A DNA stretch of 33,360 nt, taken from positions 1 to 33,360 of IMG/VR virus record IMGVR_UViG_3300005764_003243; one strand, given 5' to 3'. Numbering within the stretch: the first letter of the stretch is position 1; each line of letters starts with the position of its first letter. The notes under the pieces are model-generated. The model did no database searches, was not told the DNA's origin, and saw nothing but the letters and a program-made list of their open reading frames with translations. Below, in pieces: positions 1 to 7,064 of the stretch. This stretch comes from a virus (lineage: Duplodnaviria > Caudoviricetes). Both the position numbers and the translations under genes were made by a program.

Positions 1-405
1 TCATGGCTCGGCCCGCCGCGCAGCTCGGCGCCGGCGCTCGGCAATCCACCAAGCGCGATGGCGGGGGCACAGATTCCACCGGACCAGGGGGCGCCCGTCG
101 GGGTCGAGCCCGCGACTCGCATGGTACCCGTCGCACCCGGCGGCGGCCGCTCGCCCGTCGCGCGGCGCCTCGGGGTTTCGATACGCGCATACGCCGCGGC
201 GGCATGCCTCGGCCGAGGCGAGCGCTCGAGCCCATGGCGCGTCGACGGCGGCCGCCCCCTTTTCCCCCCCGACCCCCCCTTTTTCCCCTGTCTCTACTTG
301 CCTTGGGGTTTCTACCCCTCCGGAAGCCTCTACCGAGGATCTAACCGTAGGGCTTGGGGATAGTGTCGATAACTCGCCGCCAATTACCGTACCCGTGTCG
401 CCCAT
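1..405 (-). CDS. Hypothetical phage protein with Cys/His-rich C-terminal part
   Basis: ATG at 405 preceded by GGGAGGGGG; Cys/His motifs CRRGVC, CDG, NLCPRH; the stop overlaps an ATGA at the window edge. Confidence 0.5.
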   Translation of the reverse strand: MGDTGTVIGGELSTLSPSPTVRSSVEASGGVETPRQVETGEKGGVGGEKGAAAVDAPWARALASAEACRRGVCAYRNPEAPRDGRAAAAGCDGYHASRGLDPDGRPLVRWNLCPRHRAWWIAERRRRAARRAEP

Positions 406-421
406 TCGCCGCCCCCTCCCT

Positions 422-443
422 TGTGACTACTCAGTGACCACTA
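422..443 (+). repeat. Integrase arm-type site candidate, left copy TGTGACTACTCAGTGACCACTA
   Basis: 19/22 identical direct repeat of 641..662; each copy has two GTGAC(T/C)A units; the copies flank the tRNA-like core. Confidence 0.7.
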
Positions 444-546
444 GGAGCAATCTCCGCCCATGCGGCGCCATGCCTCGAGGGCGCCGAATCGAGAAAACAC
501 AGGGGCTTAGAGGGGGCGAGGTGGGGCCGCATGGCCCCTCGTGCTT

Positions 547-589
547 ACTCTTAATCAGCGGGTCGGGCGTTCGATTCGCCCGCGGCCCA
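547..589 (+). mobile_element. attP: attP core: 3' half of tRNA-Lys(CTT)
   Basis: Anticodon loop CTCTTAA, T-arm GGGCG-TTCGATT-CGCCC, acceptor 3' strand GCGGCCC-A; no 5' half upstream; adjacent to the integrase stop. Confidence 0.85.
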
Positions 590-596
590 TTAAGAG

Positions 597-609
597 AATC
601 AACCACTTA
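597..609 (+). promoter_or_regulatory. IHF-binding consensus in attP
   Basis: AATCAACCACTTA exactly fits WATCAANNNNTTR and lies between the core and the right arm site. Confidence 0.65.
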
Positions 610-1843
610 CGGCACCCCTCGATTTATGCGCCCCTCGAGCTGTGACTAGTCCGTGACCATTACGCCGAGAATGCCGCGGCGTCGAGGGGGCGTCGTCGAG
701 CACGCCGACCCCGTGTTGATAACTCGCCTCGAGCCCCGACCCGTACAAGTCAATCGTTATCTGAATCGAGGCATGGCCCATTTGCGCTTGGATGTACTGA
801 GGCGGGGCGCCCTCGCTTGTCAGAATCGACCCGTAGGTATGCCGCAAGTCGTGGGGCTTTAGGTCGCGACCTAGCCCCGACTCGCGAGCGATACGGCGGA
901 GTAACCGGCGCACGTTTCGGGCGTCGAGCATCGACCATGCTTCCGACGGGAATAGCAGCGCCGAGCGCGGCTTGCCGTCGAGCCCGACGACGCGCTTAAG
1001 GGCGGCAATGTGCAGCTCGAGGATAGCGGCGAGCTGCGGCGATACGTCGACCCGGCGGGCGCCGTGCTTTGGCGTTTCCATGCGCCCGTGCTTATCGTTC
1101 CATGCCCGGGCGACGAGTAGCTTACCCGCCTCGGGCTCGTAGTCGTCGAGCTGCAAGGCAACCGCCTCGCCGATACGTACGCCGGTGCGGGCGAGGGTTA
1201 GCAGCAACGGGTACGCCGTCGCGAGCTGCACCCGTACCCATTCGAGGAGTACCCGGAGCTTTTCCTTAGCGAGCACCCGCGCCTCGACCGCCGCCTTTCG
1301 ATGCTGTTTGGTCGGGTGCAAGTGGAGCTTGCGGCCGAGCCGGGCGGCGGGGTTACCCGAGATAATCTCCTCGTCGACCGCCTCGTTTAAGAGCGCCCGG
1401 AGCGCCGAGTAGATCGCATATACCGACCCCTTAGCGAGCGGCTTTTGCACCCGGGTACCGTCGGCTTTGACGTACCCGACCCCTTGCCGCCGGCAGTCTT
1501 TTAGAAACGCCTTGACGGTTTGCCGGGTCAGCTCGGCGACGAGCATATCGCCGAGGCGCGGCGCGATATACAGCTCGACGGCTTGGCGGTACCCCTCGAG
1601 GGTGCGCGCCTTAATCCCGCCCTCGAGCCCGTCGAGCCATTCGAGGGCGAGCGCCCGCACCGTCTTAGAACGGTCGACGAGGGCGGAAAGCCCCTTTTGC
1701 CGGCGCTCGAGGTCGCGTTGCTTGTCTAGGGCGGCGTCGCGCTCGGCGGCGGTTTTGAACGAAAGCCGGCGGCGCTTTAGCTTGCCGTCGACGTGCACGT
1801 AGTAGTCGGCGACGAATCGCCCGCGCCTTTTCGCCCCCGTCAT
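599..1843 (-). CDS. int: Tyrosine recombinase (phage integrase)
   Basis: RTGVRIGEAVAL, PHDLRHT and MGHASIQITIDLY give the R..HxxR..H..Y catalytic set; N-terminal arm-binding and core-binding regions. Confidence 0.95.
   Translation of the reverse strand: MTGAKRRGRFVADYYVHVDGKLKRRRLSFKTAAERDAALDKQRDLERRQKGLSALVDRSKTVRALALEWLDGLEGGIKARTLEGYRQAVELYIAPRLGDMLVAELTRQTVKAFLKDCRRQGVGYVKADGTRVQKPLAKGSVYAIYSALRALLNEAVDEEIISGNPAARLGRKLHLHPTKQHRKAAVEARVLAKEKLRVLLEWVRVQLATAYPLLLTLARTGVRIGEAVALQLDDYEPEAGKLLVARAWNDKHGRMETPKHGARRVDVSPQLAAILELHIAALKRVVGLDGKPRSALLFPSEAWSMLDARNVRRLLRRIARESGLGRDLKPHDLRHTYGSILTSEGAPPQYIQAQMGHASIQITIDLYGSGLEASYQHGVGVLDDAPSTPRHSRRNGHGLVTARGAHKSRGAVSG
641..662 (+). repeat. Integrase arm-type site candidate, right copy TGTGACTAGTCCGTGACCATTA
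   Basis: Direct repeat of 422..443, lying inside the integrase 3' end. Confidence 0.7.
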
Positions 1844-2067
1844 GCTCTAGCCCTCGGGCTCGGGGTCGGGGTCGCCCCACGGGCGGGCTTTCGCCCATGC
1901 GTTTGAGCTAGGAGCGCAAGGGCTCGCTCCGCTAGGGGGCCGATTGCTCGAGCGCCTTGCTCCCATCGCGATACGGTCGTAACCGCTACGCCGAGCGCCG
2001 TCGCTAGCTCGGCTTGTGTCAGCTCGAGCCGGCGGCGCAGCGCCTTTACCTCGTCGGGTGTCATCAT
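1840..2067 (-). CDS. XRE/Cro-C1 HTH regulator (repressor candidate), leaderless
   Basis: VKALRRRLELTQAELATALGVAVTTVSRWEQG is a canonical HTH_3; stop overlaps the int start (ATGA). Confidence 0.85.
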   Translation of the reverse strand: MMTPDEVKALRRRLELTQAELATALGVAVTTVSRWEQGARAIGPLAERALALLAQTHGRKPARGATPTPSPRARA

Positions 2068-2458
2068 GCCCCGGAGTATACCGCTGGCCTATGCCGATGG
2101 CAACGCCGGTGCGGCGCGCCTCGTATGCCTCGAGGTCGGCGGCCCGGTAATGCCGCGGCCCCCCGGGGGCATCTTGCCGGCTCGGTATCCGCCCCGAGCG
2201 TGCCCATTCGTTAAGCGTGTAGGGCGCCACGCCGAGGCGCTCGGCGGCCGCCCGGGTCGATAGCGCCGCCGAGGGCAACGCGGCGTCAATGCTCGCGTCG
2301 GGGGCGAGGTCGACGCCGAGGGCGGCGAGGGTGCCGAGCGTTGCCGTCAATGCGCCGACGAGGTCGTACGCCCGGGCAATCAATCGAGCCTGAGTGGGGC
2401 CGCCTCGGTCGGGAGGGCGCCTTGACCCGTCGCCCCACTTCCGCCCGGCTCCCTGCAT
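1847..2458 (-). CDS. Excisionase-like protein (MerR/HTH_17-type) with a C-terminal tail overlapping the XRE gene
   Basis: LSTRAAAERLGVAPYTLNEWARSGRIPSRQDAPGGPRHYRAADLEAY; start uncertain, ATG at 2458 chosen. Confidence 0.7.
   Translation of the reverse strand: MQGAGRKWGDGSRRPPDRGGPTQARLIARAYDLVGALTATLGTLAALGVDLAPDASIDAALPSAALSTRAAAERLGVAPYTLNEWARSGRIPSRQDAPGGPRHYRAADLEAYEARRTGVAIGIGQRYTPGHDDTRRGKGAAPPARADTSRASDGARRSGYDRIAMGARRSSNRPPSGASPCAPSSNAWAKARPWGDPDPEPEG
2075..2103 (-). promoter_or_regulatory. Sigma70-type promoter for the XRE-int transcript
   Basis: TTGCCA-N17-TATACT-N7-ATG; short inverted repeat TGCC-ATC-GGCA over the -35. Confidence 0.7.
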
Positions 2459-2610
2459 CCTTGTCGTCCCGGTGCCTAGTACCAAGGGACGACGCACCCG
2501 TACCCCGCAACCGCCACCGACGCCCCCCGCGGTGCGCCGCGCTACCAAGCAATTAAAATCTCGGGCGCTGCTACGTGTGACGCCCCTACTAGCCCGGGCA
2601 CGCAGAAGCG

Positions 2611-2874
2611 TCAAGAGGATTTCAAGCCGGCGAGGCGGCGGGCGAGCTGATACGCCGCCGCCGGGTCGCCCGGGTGTATCAGCTCGGCCCACTCAAGCAC
2701 GGCGGCGGCGTCGGTTACCCGCCCGACCCGGCGCCACCGGGCAAGCGTCGGGAGGGCGACGCCGAGGGCGCGATGCAGCGCCGAGGGGCCGCCCGCCGCC
2801 TGTATACTGCGGTAGATGACATTAACCCGGGTGCGCGGTTTTCGGCGCCCGTCGGGCCGGCGGCGGCGAGCCAT
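2611..2874 (-). CDS. Cro/YdaS-like HTH protein
   Basis: IQAAGGPSALHRALGVALPTLARWRRVGRV pattern; TTGGCT-N17-TATGCT upstream. Confidence 0.7.
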   Translation of the reverse strand: MARRRRPDGRRKPRTRVNVIYRSIQAAGGPSALHRALGVALPTLARWRRVGRVTDAAAVLEWAELIHPGDPAAAYQLARRLAGLKSS

Positions 2875-2883
2875 ATAGGGCCG

Positions 2884-2979
2884 AGCATACCCGAGCCCGG
2901 CGCCGCAGCCAAGCGCGGGTTTAATACGTATCGTTTCTTATACGTATCGCTTGACGCCCCGGGTGCCCGGGCGTATGGT
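2884..2979. promoter_or_regulatory. Divergent promoters with operator-like direct repeats
   Basis: Minus strand TTGGCT-N17-TATGCT (2912-2884); plus strand TTGACG-N17-TATGGT (2951-2979); ATACGTATCG at 2924 and 2940 between them. Confidence 0.65.
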
Positions 2980-2987
2980 CTAGGCGT

Positions 2988-3110
2988 ATGACAAACACCG
3001 ATTGCCGGCTTTGTGGCGCGCCGCTCGACGACGTCGACGCCGTCGCCCTCGAGTGCCCCGATACGGGCGCCGTCGCCTATGCGTGCGAGGATTGCGCCGA
3101 CCGTGGCTAG
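2988..3110 (+). CDS. 40-aa zinc-finger microprotein (not in ORF track)
   Basis: MTNTDCRLCGAPLDDVDAVALECPDTGAVAYACEDCADRG has two CxxC pairs; ATG lies 8 nt after the -10. Confidence 0.7.
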   Translation: MTNTDCRLCGAPLDDVDAVALECPDTGAVAYACEDCADRG

Positions 3111-3532
3111 TAAGGTCGCCGCCGCCGCACGAGGCGCAAGCGCCGCTCGGGCTCGTGGCCCGGCTCCGGGCCGAGCACCCGCGCCCGTACCGCCGTCGGG
3201 CTCCAATCGAATAGCTCGCAAATCGACGCAAACGATAGGGGCCAGCTCCGGTCGTTCGCCCGAAACCATGCGGTCGTTTTCTCATACACGCCGGCTTGCT
3301 TGCCGTGCGCCCGCCCCGGCGGCGAGCGCCGCAAGTCGAGGAGCGCTTGCGTGAGTACCGCCAAAGCTAGGCACCGTTCCGGCGTTTCGCCGACGCGCAA
3401 GCGCGTGAAGCGTACGACGTCGGTCGGGTCGGGAGAAAAGAGCCTCGAGCAGTCGGGCAACGGTACGGCGCCGGCAGATTTAACGGCGGGTGCCCATTGC
3501 ACTCGACCGTCAACCGACGCAAAGCTAGCCAC
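3107..3532 (-). CDS. Conserved hypothetical helical protein, possible regulator
   Basis: E.CLALAVL.QA..D...AWF....SWPLSF..ICE.....P..VR pattern, which I recall from Binatota/deltaproteobacteria-like genomes. Confidence 0.6.
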   Translation of the reverse strand: MASFASVDGRVQWAPAVKSAGAVPLPDCSRLFSPDPTDVVRFTRLRVGETPERCLALAVLTQALLDLRRSPPGRAHGKQAGVYEKTTAWFRANDRSWPLSFASICELFDWSPTAVRARVLGPEPGHEPERRLRLVRRRRPY

Positions 3533-3575
3533 TAAAGCGCCCGTCTACCATGCGGGCGTCGCAAAGAGGAGCCCC

Positions 3576-4760
3576 ATGGAAAACGAAACCCCCGACGTCG
3601 TCGCCGAGCCCGTACCGCCCGAGGGCGCGCTTACGCTCGTGCCGCCCGCCGAGGGCGCCGCGCTCCTCTTGAATGACCCCGCGGCGCTTAAGGCGCAGCT
3701 CGAGACATACGGCGAGGCGCGCCGGCTCCTCGTCGAGTGGCTTATGAGCCAACTAGTCGCCGGTATCGACTACACGCTGATACACCGCAAGGTCGGCGCC
3801 CGGGGGCAGAAAACCGACTGCCCCGAGAAAGGGAACCTTACCGGGCGGGCGTGCCCGACGTGCGGCGGCAAGAGCACGCTTTGCAAGCCAGGAAGCGAGA
3901 AGATTTGCGGCTTGCTGCGCTTGCAACCGAAATTCCGCCGCGACGTCGAGGCATGGGAGATGCTCGGTAGCGAGCCCGGGCTAGTGTGCCTCGTATGCGA
4001 GCTATACACCGCGGCGGGGGTTATCGTCGCCGAGGGGCGGGGCTCGCGCCATCGCGACCAGGATTTTGGCGATACAAATAAGACGCTCAAAATGGCGCAA
4101 AAGTCGGCGCAAACCGACGCCGTGCTTAGGTGCGCCGGCTTGTCGGAAATTTTCACGCAAGACCTCGAGGATAGCGGCGGCGGTTTCGATAACGGCGCCC
4201 CCGAGGCGGGCGAGTTTGAGGCGCCTAAGAGTAAGAGCGGCGCGGCGGCCCCCTCGAGCTTGCAAGCGCAGCTCGAGGCGTCGGTTAAGGCGACTGCACC
4301 TCGACCCGCCCCGACGCCCCCTCGAGCGGCCCCGCCGGTGCGCCCCATGCAGACTCGGCCCGCCCCGACGGCGCGCCCCGCACCGCGGCCCGCCCCTCGA
4401 GCGCCGCAACCGGTGCCCGCCGGTGGCTCGACGCCGCCCGACGCGCTATCGCCCGCCCGGGTCAATCGCCTTATGGCTTTGCTGCACGAGGCAATCGAGG
4501 GCGCCGAGGTGCCGCAAGACCAGCACGCCGGTATCTTCGACGCTGCCCGCGCTTACTTGGTGGATTGGGTAGGGCAAACGCAGGGGCGCGAGCGCCTTTC
4601 GGATTGCTCATGGCGCGCCTACGACGAGCTTTGCGCGCAAGTACCCGCCGCCGTCGACGCGGCGCTATCGGGTCAGGCACCGTTGCCGCGGCCGCGCCCC
4701 CGGCTCGTGCGGCGCTACGGCGCCCCGCGCAGCATGAACACGCCTCGGCGGCAATTCTAG
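3576..4760 (+). CDS. Putative single-strand annealing/recombination protein with Zn-ribbon insert and Pro-rich linker
   Basis: RBS AGAGGAG; TLCKPGSEKIC...NKTLKMAQKSAQTDAVL...SEIFTQDLED motifs; directly upstream of an exonuclease. Confidence 0.65.
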   Translation: MENETPDVVAEPVPPEGALTLVPPAEGAALLLNDPAALKAQLETYGEARRLLVEWLMSQLVAGIDYTLIHRKVGARGQKTDCPEKGNLTGRACPTCGGKSTLCKPGSEKICGLLRLQPKFRRDVEAWEMLGSEPGLVCLVCELYTAAGVIVAEGRGSRHRDQDFGDTNKTLKMAQKSAQTDAVLRCAGLSEIFTQDLEDSGGGFDNGAPEAGEFEAPKSKSGAAAPSSLQAQLEASVKATAPRPAPTPPRAAPPVRPMQTRPAPTARPAPRPAPRAPQPVPAGGSTPPDALSPARVNRLMALLHEAIEGAEVPQDQHAGIFDAARAYLVDWVGQTQGRERLSDCSWRAYDELCAQVPAAVDAALSGQAPLPRPRPRLVRRYGAPRSMNTPRRQF

Positions 4761-4762
4761 CC

Positions 4763-5410
4763 ATGGCGGGCGCGCTCGAGGAGCCCGGCTCCATTCTCAC
4801 CTTTGACCCCGAGGCGCACGTCTACCGCGTAGACGGGGCGCCCGTGCCGTCGGTTACCGAGCTGCTCGAGGCGGCGGGTATCTCGCCCGACTACTCCAAA
4901 GTTAACCCGACCGTGCTACTGCACGCCCGCCGCCGCGGTATCCATGTCGACTTGTGTTGCGACCTCGACGACGCCGACGACTTGGATTGGTCGAGCGTGC
5001 ACCCCGAGGCAGTCGCCTATGTGCAAGCGTGGCAAGCCTTTAAGGCCGATTACGGTTACCGCCCGCTCGCGTCGCAAGTCATCCTCTACCATCCGACCTA
5101 TGGGTACGCGGGCACAACCGACTCGGTCGGCGACCTCGACGGCTACGTTACGATTGTCGAGCGCAAGGCTACCGCGAAAATGGCGGCGAGCTACGCGCTC
5201 CAAACCGCCGGCTATGCGTGCGAGGGTATGCATACGGCGCCCGCGGGCGGCGGCCGCCTCGTGCCCGTCGAGTGGGGCGCGCCGGCGCGCCTCGGCGTGC
5301 ATTTGCAGCGCACCGGGCGCTATGAGCTGGCACCCTATGATGACCCCGAGGATCTAGCCGCATGGCTCGGCGTCGTCGCCCTCGCCCGGTGGCGCAAGGC
5401 TCGAGGCTAG
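4763..5410 (+). CDS. PD-(D/E)XK (Cas4/RecB-like) phage exonuclease
   Basis: FDPEAHVY..DG..VPSVT, RGIHV, YAGTTD...VERK...LQTAGY. Confidence 0.8.
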   Translation: MAGALEEPGSILTFDPEAHVYRVDGAPVPSVTELLEAAGISPDYSKVNPTVLLHARRRGIHVDLCCDLDDADDLDWSSVHPEAVAYVQAWQAFKADYGYRPLASQVILYHPTYGYAGTTDSVGDLDGYVTIVERKATAKMAASYALQTAGYACEGMHTAPAGGGRLVPVEWGAPARLGVHLQRTGRYELAPYDDPEDLAAWLGVVALARWRKARG

Positions 5411-5413
5411 GCA

Positions 5414-5447
5414 CATGCCCGCCCGGGCTCGTATAAGGGCGGGCATG
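5414..5447. promoter_or_regulatory. Perfect 11-bp inverted repeat over the -10 and start codon (operator candidate)
   Basis: CATGCCCGCCC-N12-GGGCGGGCATG. Confidence 0.55.
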
Positions 5448-5642
5448 ACCCCCGAGGATATCCGCGCCGCGGCCGCCGCCTTGGGGCGCCTCGGCGCTCG
5501 TAAGGGCGGGCTCGCTCGAGCGGCGCGCCTCGACGCCGAGGAGCGCTCGAGGCAAGCGCGCCATGCCGTCGGCATTCGATGGGCGCGCCACCGGGCCAAG
5601 CGCCGCCGCCGGCCCCGCGACAAGCCCCGACGCCCCCGTTGA
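5445..5642 (+). CDS. Small basic KGG-type protein, possibly DNA-binding
   Basis: AAAALGRLGARKGGLARAARLDAEERSRQARHAVGIRW; leaderless after TATAAG. Confidence 0.7.
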   Translation: MTPEDIRAAAAALGRLGARKGGLARAARLDAEERSRQARHAVGIRWARHRAKRRRRPRDKPRRPR

Positions 5643-5675
5643 CAGCTACGTGCCCGGCAACGTATGGGCGGCCCC

Positions 5676-6095
5676 ATGCCACAAGGGACGCCCGCGAAAG
5701 AGACATTAGCGGCGATTCAGAAGCTAGCTGGCTTTGCAGCGCTCCGCGACGCCGTTAAGGCGCACCAAACGAAACACAAGGGGCACGCCGGGCAAGCGCA
5801 CCGTTACCCGCCCGAGGTACGAATCAAGGCCGTTGCGCTCGCAAGCCGCGCCCTCGCCAAAGGGATTGGCGTAACCCCGACGCTCGAGGCGGCGGGGCTC
5901 GCAAGCTCGGCCCTTTACTGGCCCGAGGTGCGCGCTATCACCCCGAAGCGCAAGCGGCGCGTCGCGATGCGCCCCGTCGAGGTCGGGCGCCGCGCCTCGG
6001 CAAACGGTGCCTTGGTTGTTACTACGCCTGAGGGCTATCAAATCGAGGGGCCGGCGGCGCTCGTCGCCGAGCTACTAAAAACGCTTCGGGGGTAA
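5676..6095 (+). CDS. IS66 TnpA-like HTH accessory protein
   Basis: RYPPEVRIKAVALA...RPVEV...LVVTTPEGYQIEG..LVAELLKTL; TTGACA-N18-TATGGG-N7-ATG upstream. Confidence 0.7.
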   Translation: MPQGTPAKETLAAIQKLAGFAALRDAVKAHQTKHKGHAGQAHRYPPEVRIKAVALASRALAKGIGVTPTLEAAGLASSALYWPEVRAITPKRKRRVAMRPVEVGRRASANGALVVTTPEGYQIEGPAALVAELLKTLRG

Positions 6096-6098
6096 TAC

Positions 6099-6455
6099 AT
6101 GCTACCACTCGCGACCTCGTTTCGGGTTTGGGCATACGCCGCGCCGGTCGACTTACGCCAAAGCGTCGACGACTTGGCGGCGCTCGCCCGCAAGCGCTTG
6201 CACGCAACCGACGTCGGCGCCTGCTTTCTTTTCGTCAACGCGCTCCGCAACCGCGCTCGCGTGCTGCACTACGACGGCACCGGATGGGGATTGTACGCCA
6301 AGCGACTCGACGAGGGCCGCCGCTTCCCGGCGCTATGGGACGACGACGCCGACCCCGAGAAACCGGGCGCCGCGCTTAAGCTCTCATGGGCGGAGCTGCA
6401 ATCCTTTATCCGCCTAACCCCGGCGCATAAGGTCGCCGCCCGCCGGGCCGCCTAG
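6099..6455 (+). CDS. tnpB: IS66 TnpB (Orf2)-like accessory protein
   Basis: RVWAYAAPVDLRQSVDDL...FLFVNALRNRARVLHYDGTGWGLYAKRLDEGRRF; IS66 type, not the IS200/605 RNA-guided TnpB. Confidence 0.85.
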   Translation: MLPLATSFRVWAYAAPVDLRQSVDDLAALARKRLHATDVGACFLFVNALRNRARVLHYDGTGWGLYAKRLDEGRRFPALWDDDADPEKPGAALKLSWAELQSFIRLTPAHKVAARRAA

Positions 6456-6676
6456 CCCTCGAGCTGCTCGAGCGCCTCTTGCCGTAACGCCTCGAGCACG
6501 TCGGCGGGTAGCGCCTCGGTAACGTCGACGCCGCCGAGCTGCACCCGCACCTCGACGTCGGCGGGCTCCGCCTCTTGCCGGGAATCCGGCGGCCCGCCGT
6601 AGCGAGGGCGGTACGCCGGCGTATAGGCGAGCACCTCGACGTCGACCGGCGCGGTTACCTCGCTCGCAAATCTCAC
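6452..6676 (-). CDS. Hypothetical acidic phage protein
   Basis: Last gene of the leftward operon; GTGA coupling with the upstream gene. Confidence 0.55.
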   Translation of the reverse strand: MRFASEVTAPVDVEVLAYTPAYRPRYGGPPDSRQEAEPADVEVRVQLGGVDVTEALPADVLEALRQEALEQLEG

Positions 6677-6843
6677 GCCGGCGGCGGGGGCGGCGGCGGG
6701 TAGAGCGCCGCCAATATCTCGGCGACCTTCTTACCGACAAAGAGGGCGCTTCCTTGCACGACGATATGCGTACCGTCGGGTCGGGTAATGTCGACGGTTG
6801 CCGCGCCCCCGCCGCTTTCCTCGGGCTCGTGCCGTGTTGCCAT
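6673..6843 (-). CDS. Hypothetical protein (56 aa)
   Basis: ATG at 6843 with GGAAAGGGG upstream; MATRHEPEESGG... Confidence 0.5.
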   Translation of the reverse strand: MATRHEPEESGGGAATVDITRPDGTHIVVQGSALFVGKKVAEILAALYPPPPPPPA

Positions 6844-6857
6844 ACCGTGCCCCTTTC

Positions 6858-7064
6858 CTAGTCGCCGACGTAGCGCGCCCGCTCTAGCCGGCGGTTGAGT
6901 ATCTTGACGACGCCGATAGCGACGTCGAGCAAATTTTCGTCGGGTACTTGCCCGCGGGCGGCCCGCATGGCGTCGAGCACGGCGCGTGCCCCGTCTAGCT
7001 GCGCCTCGAGGCGTTCCGCCTCTTGCCGTTTCTCCTCGTACCATTCGCCCGGGTCGCGAGCCAT
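6858..7064 (-). CDS. Hypothetical coiled-coil protein
   Basis: TAATG-coupled to the terminase ATPase gene. Confidence 0.55.
   Translation of the reverse strand: MARDPGEWYEEKRQEAERLEAQLDGARAVLDAMRAARGQVPDENLLDVAIGVVKILNRRLERARYVGD

Noticed and set aside
520-592. Complete tRNA-Lys gene
   Set aside because: No 5' acceptor strand or D-arm upstream of the anticodon loop, so it is an att core only
4763-5410. cas4 of a CRISPR-Cas locus
   Set aside because: No repeat-spacer array or other cas genes, and no clear four-Cys cluster; context is phage recombination
5600-6700. Complete IS66 element or RNA-guided TnpB
   Set aside because: No DDE transposase, terminal inverted repeats or target duplication seen; the 118-aa protein has no RuvC domain
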